From: Nitrososphaerota archaeon
Lineage (GTDB): Archaea > Thermoproteota > EX4484-205 > JAAOZP01
Assembly (NCBI GenBank): GCA_011605725.1
Contig: JAAOZP010000018.1
Coordinates: forward strand, 1-33,555
DNA length: 33,555 bases
Direction of reading: 5' to 3'
Shown one piece after another: positions 1 to 8,154 of this stretch. The notes under the pieces were generated by a model. That model ran no database searches and was not told the DNA's origin. It saw nothing but the letters and a program-made list of their open reading frames with translations. The position numbers were made by a program, and so were the translations under genes. Within the stretch, counting starts at the first letter, position 1. Each line of letters opens with the position of its first letter.

Positions 1-82
1 GCTTTGGGAGGAGGTTAAGCTGTTGAGAGAGGAGCAGAACAAGCTTTGGGAAGGTCAAAACAGGCTTTGGGAGGAGGTTAAG
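1..82 (+). repeat. Coding direct repeat GCTTTGGGAGGAGGTTAAG (1-19 and 64-82; partial copy ~43-51)
   Basis: Read directly from the sequence; encodes the LWEEVK repeats and probably caused the contig break. Confidence 0.85.
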
Positions 83-529
83 AGCATAAGAGGGGAAATG
101 AAGGCCATAAGGGCTGAGCTCAAGAGCTTTGGAAGAGCTGTCGGAAGGACTTTAGAGGACTACACCATGGGGTTCGTCGAAATTATCTTGGAAGAAAGAG
201 GCTACTCCAGGGAGAAAATAAGGCTTGGAAGGAGAAGAATAGAGCACGAAAAAGAGGAGGAGGAAATCAACATTTTTAACGAAGACCCGCTCGTAGTGGG
301 CGAAGTTACAACCTGCATACAGAGCGAGGAGAAAGCAATAGAGGAGATAGGAAAGGTGGTTAGGAGAATAAACCTTGTGCAGAAAAAGTTCAGGCGAAAA
401 GTAGAATACGCTTTCCTTGCCGTGGGAAACGTCTCTAAGGAGGTTCTGGAAAGGCTTAAGGAAGAGGCTGAAAGAAATGGGATTGAACTCATCTTCGGAA
501 GAACAATTGAAACGCAGGAGTTAATATAG
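2..529 (+). CDS. Archaeal coiled-coil repeat protein with C-terminal PD-(D/E)XK-like domain (paREP/DUF3782-like), 5'-truncated by contig end
   Basis: Frame is open from nt 2 (LWEEVKLLREEQNKLWEGQNRLWEEVK heptads), then a globular domain with an 'EEINIF...LVVGEVTT' restriction-endonuclease-like motif; stop at 527-529. Confidence 0.65.
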   Translation, partial: LWEEVKLLREEQNKLWEGQNRLWEEVKSIRGEMKAIRAELKSFGRAVGRTLEDYTMGFVEIILEERGYSREKIRLGRRRIEHEKEEEEINIFNEDPLVVGEVTTCIQSEEKAIEEIGKVVRRINLVQKKFRRKVEYAFLAVGNVSKEVLERLKEEAERNGIELIFGRTIETQELI

Positions 530-702
530 AACACTATATTTTAATGTAATATAAAATCAATACGTTGACAATTGATCCGGAACGTTCTGTTCAAAATCTT
601 TAAGGGATCTGAGTGAATTCTCTAAGATTTTATCTTTGTAACATTCCTTACTCTCGATCTCTTTTATAGGAATCCTTTTTTATACCGGTTTCTCGATATG
701 CT

Positions 703-960
703 TTAAGGAGGTTTTTTAGCATGCATTAGGTTTGCGAGAGCTACAAAAACTAGGACGAATACATAGGTCTCAAGAGGCGGCATGAATCGTCTTATGAAAG
801 GCCATGCAATAAGGAAGTCGGAAAGAGACAGGAATAGGAGAGCACCACACCCGGCTATTCTCATGTTGATATGAAACCGCTCCATTAGGAGTGCAAGAAA
901 GCCCGCAATGAGAGCAAAAAGGAGGGCTGCAATGATGTAAGTAAGATAAGCGATTTGAGT
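703..960 (-). pseudogene. Small membrane protein or membrane-protein remnant
   Basis: ORF 703..885 stays open upstream to 1080 without another ATG/GTG/TTG. 960-703 reads as ~3 hydrophobic helices (IAYLTYIIAALLFALIAGFLALL; IAGCGALLFLSL; YVFVLVFVALA). Lies in an AT-rich stretch. Confidence 0.35.
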
Positions 961-1297
961 AGCGAAAGATATTATTTTAATAATTAATATTAGTATAATT
1001 TCATTAATACTCCTATACGAAATACTAATAGCGAAATAAAAGTGTGCACTGGATTCGAGTTTCTTATTGGTATAGCGCGACTAACAAGACCACTATTATT
1101 CAACCCTCTCTTATCACTTCCTAAGTAAAGAGGAAAGGGGAGGTGTTTATTTATTTGGTATGTGTAAAAAGAAATTCCCTCCAGCTTATATGTTATGAAG
1201 TCCTGTCAAGAGAATCACACCTATTCCTTTCATTTTGTATTTTAAAACAGGGGGCTGGATAACGAAATGGGAACTTAAGCCTGGTTTACTGCTTCAA

Positions 1298-3073
1298 CTA
1301 GGCGAGTCCCAGTCTTTCAAGCGTTCTTCTCGTTGGGCGTCCTTCACTATCCCATCCTCTAGCTCTGTAATACTCGTCCAGCATCTGTTCTAGCTCTACA
1401 ACCTGCCCCTTAGTCGGCCCCATGGTCAAGGGCTCGCTCAGAAGCCTCCTTGGAAGAGTATCGTCTTTCCTGCCGAAACCTTCTCTAATGTTGAAAAGTC
1501 TCTCTAGGTTCCATATTCTCTCGCCCACAAGCATGAGGTCCTCAGCAGCATACTTTACCCCAGTTGCTGCCGAAAGCATTCTAGAGTAATACTCTTCGTC
1601 AAGCCCGTATCCGGTGAACCTGCAAGCTACAAGCGTATCCATGGCTGCGTAGAGGTTCTGCTGGTATATAACTAGGCCTGCCTTGTTAACTGTTGAAAAC
1701 CTGTCTATCCTCTTCGGAACCCCCAGTATTTCCAGGGCTATCATGTAGGACCTCAGGTGGCAGCCTCCTCTGTTGCTTGTAGCATACGCTAACCCTTGTC
1801 CTTTAGCTCCACGCGGGTCGTAAGCGGGCAACTCCAAGCCTTTAACCTGCATAGCTGCATCAGGATCCCCGTATTTCTCAGAGAGCCTACGCGACCCTTC
1901 TGCAAGATCGTTCCCGAAACCCTTCCTGTAAGCTGTTTTCTCAATCAGCTCAATCATCTTATCACCATCACCCCATTTTACTTTCTCAGGCGTCAAACCT
2001 TTCTCACTAAGCTCCATCGCGCAGGCTATTGTTACGCCTGTTGAAATAGTGTCCAGCCCAAGATCGTTGCATAAATGGTTCGCCCTCCAGATCGTCTCCA
2101 GATCCCAAAGCAGGCAGCATGAGCCAAGCGCATACACAGTCTCATACTCAGGTCCCTCGCCTCTAACACTGTCTAGACGAGTGTCCCTGCCACACGCGAT
2201 CCTGCATCCGAAGCACGCCTTAGGCTTAACCAGCAGTCTCCTAGTTATCTCCTCGCCAGCAATATTCTTAGCTTCAGGTAGGAAGGTTGCTTGAAAGTTT
2301 TTAGCAGGAAGCACGCCAAGCTCGTTCATAAGGTTTACGAGGACTGCGGTTCCAAACCTGGGTAGGGCTTTACTAGTAATAGGGTTTTGGCCGAAAACCC
2401 TGTTGCATTCTCCAACTACGAAGAGGAAAGTCTCCTTGTCAGCTATTTCAACCGTCTTACTTCCGTTTGCAACGATTGCCTTCAGCCTCTTTGAACCCAT
2501 TACTGCACCCACACCACCTCTCGCAGCAGACCTATAGTAGTCGTTCATTATACCCGCTATCCTCACAAGGTTTTCCCCAGCAGGACCTATGCACGCTACC
2601 CTTGCCTCTTTCCCGAATTTTTCAATCAGCTTGTCCGTGGTTTCAAACACTCTCATGCCCCAGTATTTCTCCCCATCTAAAACCTGTATATCCTTGTCGT
2701 CCATGTATATTATAACTGGGTTTTTAGCCGCTCCCCGGATTACGAGAGTGTCGACGCCACATGCTTTGAACTTGGTTGCGAAAAACCCTCCAGAGTTCGC
2801 GTCGAACACCGTGCCTGTCAACGGGGATTTGGTTGACACTGAAAACCTGCCTGACGTCGGTGCAGCTGTTGCCGTCAGCGGGCCGACTGCGAACACAAGC
2901 ACGTTGTCCTTGCTTAAAGGATCAACCTCTGGGCCCACGTTGTCATATATTATTTTAGTTCCTACTCCTCTTCCACCGATAAACCTGAGCTTCTCATCCT
3001 CGTCCCACTCGCGAAAAGTTATTTTTGAACTAGACAGGTCTACTTCTGCGATGGAGCCCATCCAGCCAGCCAT
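1298..3073 (-). CDS. aor: Aldehyde:ferredoxin oxidoreductase (W/Mo-bis-pterin, AOR family), copy 1
   Basis: 591 aa; KSPLTG, AARGGVGAVMGSKRLK, CFGCRIAC Fe-S motif, EGPEYET, GLDTIS, VKGLELPAYDPR, RGGCH, EYYRARGWD. Confidence 0.95.
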   Translation of the reverse strand: MAGWMGSIAEVDLSSSKITFREWDEDEKLRFIGGRGVGTKIIYDNVGPEVDPLSKDNVLVFAVGPLTATAAPTSGRFSVSTKSPLTGTVFDANSGGFFATKFKACGVDTLVIRGAAKNPVIIYMDDKDIQVLDGEKYWGMRVFETTDKLIEKFGKEARVACIGPAGENLVRIAGIMNDYYRSAARGGVGAVMGSKRLKAIVANGSKTVEIADKETFLFVVGECNRVFGQNPITSKALPRFGTAVLVNLMNELGVLPAKNFQATFLPEAKNIAGEEITRRLLVKPKACFGCRIACGRDTRLDSVRGEGPEYETVYALGSCCLLWDLETIWRANHLCNDLGLDTISTGVTIACAMELSEKGLTPEKVKWGDGDKMIELIEKTAYRKGFGNDLAEGSRRLSEKYGDPDAAMQVKGLELPAYDPRGAKGQGLAYATSNRGGCHLRSYMIALEILGVPKRIDRFSTVNKAGLVIYQQNLYAAMDTLVACRFTGYGLDEEYYSRMLSAATGVKYAAEDLMLVGERIWNLERLFNIREGFGRKDDTLPRRLLSEPLTMGPTKGQVVELEQMLDEYYRARGWDSEGRPTRRTLERLGLA

Positions 3074-3094
3074 TTTAATGTCGGGAAAGCATGT

Positions 3095-3145
3095 TTCGCA
3101 GTGTTTATAAGTGTGTTGCAGATGGAACTATAAACATATAAGCGT
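3095..3145. promoter_or_regulatory. Divergent archaeal TATA boxes for aor1 (-) and moaD (+)
   Basis: TTTATAA at 3104-3110 lies ~30 nt upstream of the aor1 ATG. TATAAACATATAA at ~3129-3141 lies ~26-38 nt upstream of the moaD ATG. Confidence 0.55.
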
Positions 3146-3166
3146 AAGGGGCTGGAGGGAAACGGG

Positions 3167-3409
3167 ATGAGGATTCTGGTTAAGTATTTCGCCTCCTACA
3201 GGGAGGCTGTGGGAAAGAGCGAGGAGGAGCTGGAGCTTACACCCGGCTCAACCATTAAAGAGGTTATTAGAGAAATAGTTTCCAAACATCCTGAAGTCGA
3301 GCTTGATAAGGAGGCGATACTTATTTTAAACCAGAATATAGTCAGGGATAATCCGGAAGTTAGAGACGGCGATGTTCTAGCTGTCTTCCCGCCGCTGGGT
3401 GGCGGATGA
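3167..3409 (+). CDS. moaD: MoaD/ThiS/SAMP ubiquitin-like sulfur carrier
   Basis: 80 aa; VKYFASYRE N-terminus, DGDVLAVFPPLGGG C-terminal di-Gly; divergent from an AOR. Confidence 0.9.
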   Translation: MRILVKYFASYREAVGKSEEELELTPGSTIKEVIREIVSKHPEVELDKEAILILNQNIVRDNPEVRDGDVLAVFPPLGGG

Positions 3410-3523
3410 AATACTGGGTTTACAGGCTGTGAGGCTCTACTCGCAGAGTTACTGCAGCGCGGAATAGCTGTAGTTTTACGTAAAGTAAAGTTAAAAAGTA
3501 ACTGGAGAGAGTAAGAGAGGCAA

Positions 3524-4309
3524 ATGAAGTTCTCAGTTCAGGAGAACCTTGTCCCAGGTGCAAACTTGGAGGAGAAACTGAGGAGGCTTGAGAACTATGG
3601 CTATGACGGTATTGAGCTTTGGGGTAGACAGGAGCTCGGTGGAGCTTTAAAGAATGTTTTGGACGCATTATCTACAGCCAGGGTTAAGGTGAGCACTATT
3701 TGTTCAGGATACTCGGGAAGCCTGCTTTCTCCAAGAAGAGAAGATAGGGAAGCAGCATTGAAAGGAATAAAGGAAAGGCTTGAGTGGGCCAATAGGCTTG
3801 GTGCAGTAGGGGTTATAACTGTGCCCGTCTTCGGGGAAGCTACTGTTCCAGATCTCTCCCCCCTTTTCAAGGACAAGTTTGAACTGGAGTGGAAGCTTGC
3901 TGTTGAGGAATACAGGATTCTAGGGAAGCACGCGAGGGATGTTGGAAGCATAGTGATTGTGGAGCCGCTTAACAGGTATGAGACCCACTTCCTCAAGACG
4001 CTTTCCCAAGCCGCTTCGCTATGTGAAGAAGTCGGCTTAGACGAGGTGAGAATAATGGCTGACTATTTCCACATGAGTATTGAGGAGGCTGATATCGGGT
4101 TAAGCTTAAAGAATCATCTTGACAAGATTGCCCACGTGCATCTTGCCGACAGCAACAGGCTGACGCCTGGAAGAGGACATACTGATTTCAGTTCTTTAAG
4201 GGTTTTGAGAGAAGGAGGCTACAAGAATTATCTTACTCTAGAATGCGGAATACCCGGCGATCCTGAGGAAGAGTTAAGAAGAACCCTGGGCTTCCTTAAA
4301 TCGTTTTGA
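3524..4309 (+). CDS. Sugar phosphate isomerase/epimerase (xylose-isomerase-like TIM barrel; ketose 3-epimerase/IolO-like)
   Basis: Metal-site motifs EPLNRYET, DYFHM, HVHLADSNRLTPGRGH, TLEC. Confidence 0.88.
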   Translation: MKFSVQENLVPGANLEEKLRRLENYGYDGIELWGRQELGGALKNVLDALSTARVKVSTICSGYSGSLLSPRREDREAALKGIKERLEWANRLGAVGVITVPVFGEATVPDLSPLFKDKFELEWKLAVEEYRILGKHARDVGSIVIVEPLNRYETHFLKTLSQAASLCEEVGLDEVRIMADYFHMSIEEADIGLSLKNHLDKIAHVHLADSNRLTPGRGHTDFSSLRVLREGGYKNYLTLECGIPGDPEEELRRTLGFLKSF

Positions 4310-4347
4310 TTAAAGCAATACTGGTTAAGCGGTATGCTAGGTGAAAA

Positions 4348-5379
4348 TTGAAGCCTGTTGACCGTGTGTTCACTACGCTTAATCATGAGGAGCCTGACAT
4401 GGTTCCTTGCCTCTGGGCTGTGGCAGACGGTCTCAGACGGCTTCAAGAAGCTTTTAGAAACAGGGAGCTGCCTCAAGACCTTGTTGGAGTCGGGAGTCTT
4501 CCGGAGACTAGGGTTGTGGAACAATGTTCTGAATACAGGCTTTTAGAATCGGTTTTCGGAGACGTGCACCGTATCTCTTATAAAGTGGATTACGGTTACA
4601 GGGAGTTGGTTAAGCCAGCTGTCTCTAAACCAGAGGATCTTGATAGGCTTGAAGAGTTGAAGCTCGAGTTATCCAGGGAACATGTTAAGAGGATTAGGGA
4701 GAATGTTGAGAGAAACAGCGACCGCTTCACCTTCATAAGTCACGAGAGTCCTTTCGGCTTCGCGGCATACTCTTTAAGGGGTTTCAAACGGTTTCTTACA
4801 GACATGGTCGTGAACCCGGGTTTCGCCAAAAAGATTCTCAGCTTCGGAGTTAAGAGGCTCATGGAAATGTCGAGGCAAATAATAGAGGAAACTGGTGTTA
4901 ACGCTGTCTGGGTTTCAGGCGACTTGGGGGATAGTAACGGCCCATTCGTGTCGCCGAGGCTCTACAGTGAAATTCTTGAACCTTTTGACCGTGAGCTTTG
5001 CAGGACATACCATAGGCTGGGAGCCTACGTTTTCCTCCATAGCCATGGTAACTTAAACCTCATTCTCGACAGGATTGTGAACGCAGGGTTCGACGGCTTA
5101 AATCCTTTGGATGAGGCTGAAAACATGGTTCTCGCTTCTGTGAAAGAAAGATACGGGGGCAAGGTGACTCTGATACCTCAACCATCCACTTATAAATTGG
5201 AAAAGATGCCTAGAAACCTGATAGAGGAATATGTTGCAAGCCAGCTTCACGCCGGGGCTCATGATGGTGGGTTCATTTATTACGGTGTCATCGTTAACAT
5301 GCTTCTTGAAAATGCTGACGAGTATGTAAAGGCGTTTTTAAAATTGAGGAGTTACCCGTTGCAGTGTTGCAGGCGTTAG
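4348..5379 (+). CDS. Uroporphyrinogen decarboxylase/MtaA-like superfamily protein
   Basis: N-terminal 'RVFTTLNHEEPDMVP', RGFKRFLTDM, GDLGDSNGPFVSP, FLHSHGNL, GFDGLNPL; lacks the HemE RQAGR motif. Confidence 0.8.
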   Translation: MKPVDRVFTTLNHEEPDMVPCLWAVADGLRRLQEAFRNRELPQDLVGVGSLPETRVVEQCSEYRLLESVFGDVHRISYKVDYGYRELVKPAVSKPEDLDRLEELKLELSREHVKRIRENVERNSDRFTFISHESPFGFAAYSLRGFKRFLTDMVVNPGFAKKILSFGVKRLMEMSRQIIEETGVNAVWVSGDLGDSNGPFVSPRLYSEILEPFDRELCRTYHRLGAYVFLHSHGNLNLILDRIVNAGFDGLNPLDEAENMVLASVKERYGGKVTLIPQPSTYKLEKMPRNLIEEYVASQLHAGAHDGGFIYYGVIVNMLLENADEYVKAFLKLRSYPLQCCRR

Positions 5380-5498
5380 CCGTATGCGCATTATGCTTAC
5401 TGATCAAAAGCCCAGCCTTAGCCTGCCTTAAAATCTTTAAGCATTTTTCAAAGCAAAAGGCTTAAAAGATTATTGAGGCTTTTTAAAACGACGTCTTC

Positions 5499-6077
5499 AT
5501 GAGCATGGTTGAGAAAAAGATAGTTTACTTCAACACGCCTGGGAGAAACAATACCGAGACTGTGCTAGCTTTAGCGAGGAGAAGGGCTGAAGAGCTCGGC
5601 ATAAGAAGCATTGTCGTCGCATCTACAACCGGGGAAACTGGTGTTAAGGCTTCCCAGATGTTTAAAGGCTTCAACCTGGTTGTTGTAACTCATCATACTG
5701 GTTTCAAAGAACCTGGTAAACAGGAGTTAACGGAGGAGAACCGCAGGATAATAGAGGCGAACGGGGCGAAGGTTTACACTGGGACTCATGTCTTCATGAA
5801 TGTTGAAAGGGCGATAAGAAGCAAGTTTGACACGGCCTATCCTGCTGAGATAATGGCTCAGACGTTAAGGCTTTTCTGCGAGGGCATGAAGGTGGCTGTC
5901 GAGATCGTAGCCATGGCTGCGGACGCTGGTCTAATACCTGTAGACAGGGATGTGGTGAGCATAGCTGGAACAGGTAGAGGCGCCGACACCGCTATTATTG
6001 TCCAGCCCGCTAACTCTTCTAGAATATTCGATATGGTTATTAAAGAGATTATTGCTAAGCCTCTGAGCAGAGTATGA
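5499..6077 (+). CDS. MTH1675/COG1751-family protein (pyruvate kinase C-terminal alpha/beta-like domain)
   Basis: IVYFNTPGRNNT, IVVASTTGETG, VTHHTGF, EGMKVAVEIVAMAADAG, GTGRGADTA. Confidence 0.88.
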   Translation: MSMVEKKIVYFNTPGRNNTETVLALARRRAEELGIRSIVVASTTGETGVKASQMFKGFNLVVVTHHTGFKEPGKQELTEENRRIIEANGAKVYTGTHVFMNVERAIRSKFDTAYPAEIMAQTLRLFCEGMKVAVEIVAMAADAGLIPVDRDVVSIAGTGRGADTAIIVQPANSSRIFDMVIKEIIAKPLSRV

Positions 6078-6141
6078 AGGGTAGATGGACAGATGTTTGA
6101 ACTGACACTTATGGTGAGTAGGCGTATGGAGGCGTAGCGTC

Positions 6142-6915
6142 TTGTTTGCCCAAATAGGGAAAGGACTTAGGTTAAGCAGGATTTTCTCTGGAGACGGGAA
6201 AACACTGATCATAAGTCTGGATGCTGCTTTCACGAGAGGACATGTTGAAAACGTGTTGGAAACGCGAAGCGTATTGACTAGTGTTTTAAAGTCTAATCCT
6301 GACGCTGTCCTACTTACCAGGGGCCAGGTTGTTAGGCTTGAAAGTCTTATTGGAGGCAGGGGACCCTCCATCATCTTAAGATCCGACTTCACGAATATTG
6401 TGGGGGGTTATACAGTATTGCCGCGTAAAAAACTCGAACACGTTAAGCTAGCTAGCCCTAGGGAGGCGTTGACCCTGGGTGTTGAAGGCGTTGCTGCTTA
6501 TCTTCTCGTGGGAGACGAGGATGCGGAGGCTGGAAGTATTAGAATTGTTTCAACACTTGTCTCTGGCTGCAGAAGACTCGGGCTTCCACTGCTCGTGGAG
6601 TCGATGGCAATAGGTGAACGGGTCACTCGGGCTAACCGTTTAGACTGTTTAAAGCTTGCTGTCAGGATGGCTGTTGAAGCGGGTGCCGATATAGTTGCAG
6701 CACCGTATGTTGGGGACGAGAAGTCCATGCGCGCAATCGTTGAAGTGGCTGGTGAAACCCCGGTTGTTGCTGTTGACGACCCCGAGATCCCCCTCTCGAA
6801 GCTTAGGGGTGCTCTATCGTCAGGATGCACCGGTCTCCTCTTAAGGGAAAGACTTGCCTCGGGCGGCGTGGAGGAAACCGTTGCGGAGGCCAGGCTTCTT
6901 GTCCACGGGTGTTAA
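6142..6915 (+). CDS. DhnA/class IA aldolase-like protein, predicted catalytically inactive
   Basis: Collinear paralog of the next gene, with GADIVAAPY in place of GADxxKxPY and DAA in place of DHG. GGAGG RBS at 6128-6132 precedes the TTG start. Confidence 0.8.
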   Translation: MFAQIGKGLRLSRIFSGDGKTLIISLDAAFTRGHVENVLETRSVLTSVLKSNPDAVLLTRGQVVRLESLIGGRGPSIILRSDFTNIVGGYTVLPRKKLEHVKLASPREALTLGVEGVAAYLLVGDEDAEAGSIRIVSTLVSGCRRLGLPLLVESMAIGERVTRANRLDCLKLAVRMAVEAGADIVAAPYVGDEKSMRAIVEVAGETPVVAVDDPEIPLSKLRGALSSGCTGLLLRERLASGGVEETVAEARLLVHGC

Positions 6916-6917
6916 GG

Positions 6918-8153
6918 ATGCGGACTGGAAAGAAGCTTAGGCTGAAAAGAATATTCGGCGGAGACGGGAGAGCTGTGGTTGTTGCTGCTGACCATGGGCT
7001 CATGCTTGGGCCGATAAGGGGAGTTGTCAACCTGAGGGAAACACTGACCAGGGTTATTCAAGGCGGTCCAGACGCTATTCTTCTAACCCCTGGGCAAGCA
7101 TCTAGCCTGATTGATCTTTTCTACGGGAGGGATGCGCCGGCACTTCTAGTTAGGGCTGATTGGACGAACGCTTTTAGGGATAAGACGTATACTCTTCCAG
7201 CCAGAGTTGTACGCGACGTGAACACGGTGAGAGTCGAGGATGCTTCAGCCTTAGGTGCCTCCGGAATAGTAGTGTATCTTTTCATGGGTTTAGGCGATGA
7301 GGATGAGGAGGCTAGAAACATTGAAACAGTATCAAGGTTTTCACGCGAATGCGAGAAACAAGGAATGCCCCTTATTGTCGAGCCTCTCCCAATGGGTGAA
7401 CGGGTGACGAAGGCAAACTATGTTGACCTGGTTGCTCTTTCAGTAAGGATTGCTGCAGAGCTTGGTGCAGATGCGCTTAAAGTCCCGTACACTGGCGACC
7501 CATACACTTTTGAAAAGATTGTAAAGGCTACTGACGGAATACCTGTGTTAGCCTTAGGCGGATACAGTGGAGTCACTGTGAGAGACTCGCTGGAGGTTGT
7601 TGAGGAGGTGATGCAGGCAGGTGGTTCCGGAATCGTCTACGGAAGGAATATAGTGCAGGCCCAGGATCCTGGAGAGATGGTGAGGCTCGTCAAGGCTGTG
7701 GTGCATGAGGGTAGAAGCGTCTTGGAAGTAGTGGGAGCCTCTAAGAAGGGGAGGATTTCCCTTACTGTGGATCCGGCTGCCTGCGTAGGCTGCAACCTGT
7801 GTGCCGCTGTCTGCAGCCTCTACCATGATGGAAAAATAAATATTGGGCGTGCGAGGCTCAGGATTATCCAGGAATGGCCGAGTGGAGCCAAACCGGTCAT
7901 ATGTGTTCAATGCGGAAAATGCATATCCGTCTGTCCAGCTGGAGCCTTAAAATGGGGCTTAAAGGGTAATGTTGAGCTTGTGGACGGCCTCTGCACGTCA
8001 TGCATGGCTTGCGTGGAAACCTGTCCTCAGAAGGTAATTAGGTTCGACGAGGAGAGGAGCGTTCCTCTTGTTTGCGACCTTTGCGGCGGAGTTCCACAGT
8101 GTTCAGAATGGTGTGGCACAGCAGCCATAAGGGTTGTTGAAAAAGGTGTTTGA
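6918..8153 (+). CDS. DhnA/class IA aldolase fused to a C-terminal 4x[4Fe-4S] ferredoxin domain
   Basis: Likely start is ATG 6918, 2 nt after the upstream stop (track start 6825 overlaps that gene). Motifs ADHG, GADALKVPY, LGG, YGRN, then 16 Cys in four groups from ~7780 to 8115. Confidence 0.88.
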   Translation: MRTGKKLRLKRIFGGDGRAVVVAADHGLMLGPIRGVVNLRETLTRVIQGGPDAILLTPGQASSLIDLFYGRDAPALLVRADWTNAFRDKTYTLPARVVRDVNTVRVEDASALGASGIVVYLFMGLGDEDEEARNIETVSRFSRECEKQGMPLIVEPLPMGERVTKANYVDLVALSVRIAAELGADALKVPYTGDPYTFEKIVKATDGIPVLALGGYSGVTVRDSLEVVEEVMQAGGSGIVYGRNIVQAQDPGEMVRLVKAVVHEGRSVLEVVGASKKGRISLTVDPAACVGCNLCAAVCSLYHDGKINIGRARLRIIQEWPSGAKPVICVQCGKCISVCPAGALKWGLKGNVELVDGLCTSCMACVETCPQKVIRFDEERSVPLVCDLCGGVPQCSEWCGTAAIRVVEKGV

Positions 8154-8154
8154 A

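Noticed and set aside
1-82. Direct repeats at the contig start as a CRISPR array
   Set aside because: Only two 19-nt copies, in frame (63-nt period) within a coiled-coil ORF; no cas genes.
3410-3523. Possible ncRNA or riboswitch after moaD (palindrome TTTACGTAAA ~3475-3484)
   Set aside because: No convincing extended stem or known motif by eye; a covariance-model search would be needed.
5377-5379. Pyrrolysine read-through of TAG in the methyltransferase-like gene
   Set aside because: The protein is already full length for its family, the downstream frame closes soon, and no pyl genes are present.
5499-6077. Pyruvate kinase
   Set aside because: Only 192 aa; lacks the catalytic barrel.
6825-6917. 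Cys-containing N-terminal extension of the aldolase-ferredoxin protein
   Set aside because: It overlaps the upstream gene; paralog alignment starts at ATG 6918.
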